From: Octopus bimaculoides
Lineage: Eukaryota
DNA length: 64,000 nt
Direction: 5' to 3'
NCBI RefSeq assembly: GCF_001194135.2
Contig: NC_068982.1
Span: 13,471,927-13,535,926 of the forward strand
The notes beneath the pieces are model-generated. The model searched no databases. It saw only the letters and a program-made list of their open reading frames with translations, and had not been told where the DNA came from. Positions 62,191-64,000 of the stretch are shown piece by piece. The first letter of the stretch is position 1. The number at the start of each line of letters is the position of its first letter. Both the position numbers and the translations under genes were made by a program.

Positions 62191-62643
62191 AGCTAACATC
62201 ATTAAATCAGTTTTGAGGTTAAATATTATTCTATTTTTGTCTCATTCAAAGTTTTGGTATGAGTGAGTCAAAATCCTTACATTTCAAAATGGAATGCAAG
62301 AAGTTATATTTGTGATTTTCCCCCCAAATCAGCAGCATTTTGAATTTTCTTTATCTTTAATCAAGCATTGAAGAATAGTTTTCAAATCATTGTACAATAA
62401 GAGATTACCATTTCTCAATAGCGTCTATAAATATAAATATATGGATTAATTAGTCTTTGCTCAATAAATTTACATTCTTCAAAATGGAAGCAAGCTCATT
62501 CAGTGCATCATTGAATGCTGCATAATAAAAAGTATTGCAAGCTAATAAATAAAACATTTCCACTTCTCAAGTACCAATACCAATTCTATCAAGTCTTGTG
62601 CATAATCCTTTCTGAAAGTCTCAGATAAGAAAAATTGGACATA

Positions 62644-62683
<40 letters not shown>

Positions 62684-63433
62684 ATTACCAACAAAACAAA
62701 AGAAGCCTAAATACAGGAATATTTTAACTCATTGTTGCAAACAATCTAGTGGCTATTGTCTGTGTAGCAATTCTTGCTGCATATATTTCCAATTTATTTC
62801 CTTCTTTTAAGTACATTTCCCCTAAATTTTGATTGATAAAAGGCATCCATTTCTTTGATACATTAAGGTCATTTGCATCTGAATAAAAATTTCTCATGTT
62901 GGATAATATAGTTGTTGACTTTTGATCTTTAATCCTTATCTTTAATCTATTTTGTTTGTTTCTTGCATTCTTCAATAACTGCAGTTATTTGTTTATTTTT
63001 TATTGATAGTTTTCTAATTCCTTTTTGATCTTATTTTTAATTGCTATCATGGAAACTGTGTGTCAAATGAATGCTTTAAGTTCAGAGTCCTTTATTTGTA
63101 AAACAAATGAGCAAAAATGATTTTTTTTTTCCTTAATTTTATAGATCTGCTTATGGCTGCAATTAATAGCCTAATTAAGAACACAGGAAATGAGAGACAA
63201 ATGAATCCTGCAGTGCAAAATAGCTTTAAAACAGTTATTAGCCAAATATATATGCAAATATATTACTGAATATGTTAAAATATATGTGTATATATTATGC
63301 ACATATCAATATTCGTGTATATGTAAACATACATCTTTGTATATAAGCATGTATGTATATGCATATCATCATCTTATATGTATGAATGTGTGTATTCTTC
63401 TTTTTTACATGTTTCAGCCCTAAGGCTGTGTCC

Positions 63434-63989
63434 ATAGCTGCGTGAAAGAGTGCCACACCCTAACAGTTGAGGGAACCCGTGGAAGAGGTAGGCCCAGGAA
63501 GACCTGGGCTGAGGTGGTGAGGCAAGACCTTCGTACATTGGGCCTCACCGAGGCGATGACTACTGACCGAGACCTTTGGAAATGTGCTGTGCGTGAGAAG
63601 ACCCGGCAAGCCAAGTAAGATCGTTGCCAGTGCCCCTGGACTGGTTCTTGTGCGAGTGGCACATGAGATGCACCATTTTGAGCGTGGCCGTTGCCAGTAC
63701 CGCCTGACTGGCTCCTGTAGGATTTTCGAGCGAGATCGTTGCCAGTGCCCCTGGACTGGCTTGTGCGGGTGGCACATAAAAGACACCATTTCGAGCGTGG
63801 CCGTTTTCGTGCGGGTGACACGTAAAAGCACCCACTACACTCTCTGAGTGGTTGGCGTTAGGAAGGGCATCCAGCTGTAGAAACTGCCAAATCAGACTGG
63901 AGCCTGGTGTTGCCATCCGGTTTCACCAGTCCTCAGTCAAATCGTCCAACCCATGCTAGCATGGAAAGCGGGCGTTAAACGATGATGAT
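63434..63989 (+). mobile_element. young RTE LINE 3' end (ORF C-terminus, 3' UTR, (GAT)n tail)
   Basis: CVKECHTLTVEGTRGRGRPRKTWAEVVRQDLRTLGLTEAMTTDRDLWKCAVREKTRQAK*; UTR near-identical to 3284-3571. Confidence 0.9.
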
Positions 63990-64000
63990 AAGTGTGTAAG

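Overview
AT-rich, microsatellite-dense eukaryotic scaffold with about 15 N-gaps. The repeat families resemble those of an Octopus-type cephalopod genome; this is my inference from recognising the sequences, not a database result. The window looks intronic or intergenic. I cannot identify a host gene, and only a few short splice-site-bounded exon candidates are visible. All recognisable protein similarity comes from decayed transposons: RTE LINEs (one subfamily is very young), R4/Dong-like and other RLE LINEs, a Penelope-like RT, three mariner remnants and a pogo DNA-binding domain. There are also many tRNA-derived SINEs (Nin/Deu-type and Meta-type cores) and MITEs (Tc1, pogo, hAT, piggyBac-like, Merlin-like, HINE-like), often nested. 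The most interesting signal is a scattered set of minimal type I hammerhead-ribozyme-like motifs with palindromic stem III, typical of Penelope-like LTRs. One repeat family, present twice (25373-25423 and 44761-44811, minus strand), has the catalytic core written GUGAUCA instead of CUGAUGA, an apparent compensatory swap of the C3-G8 tertiary pair. All calls were made by eye; boundaries are approximate unless TIR/TSD positions are given.
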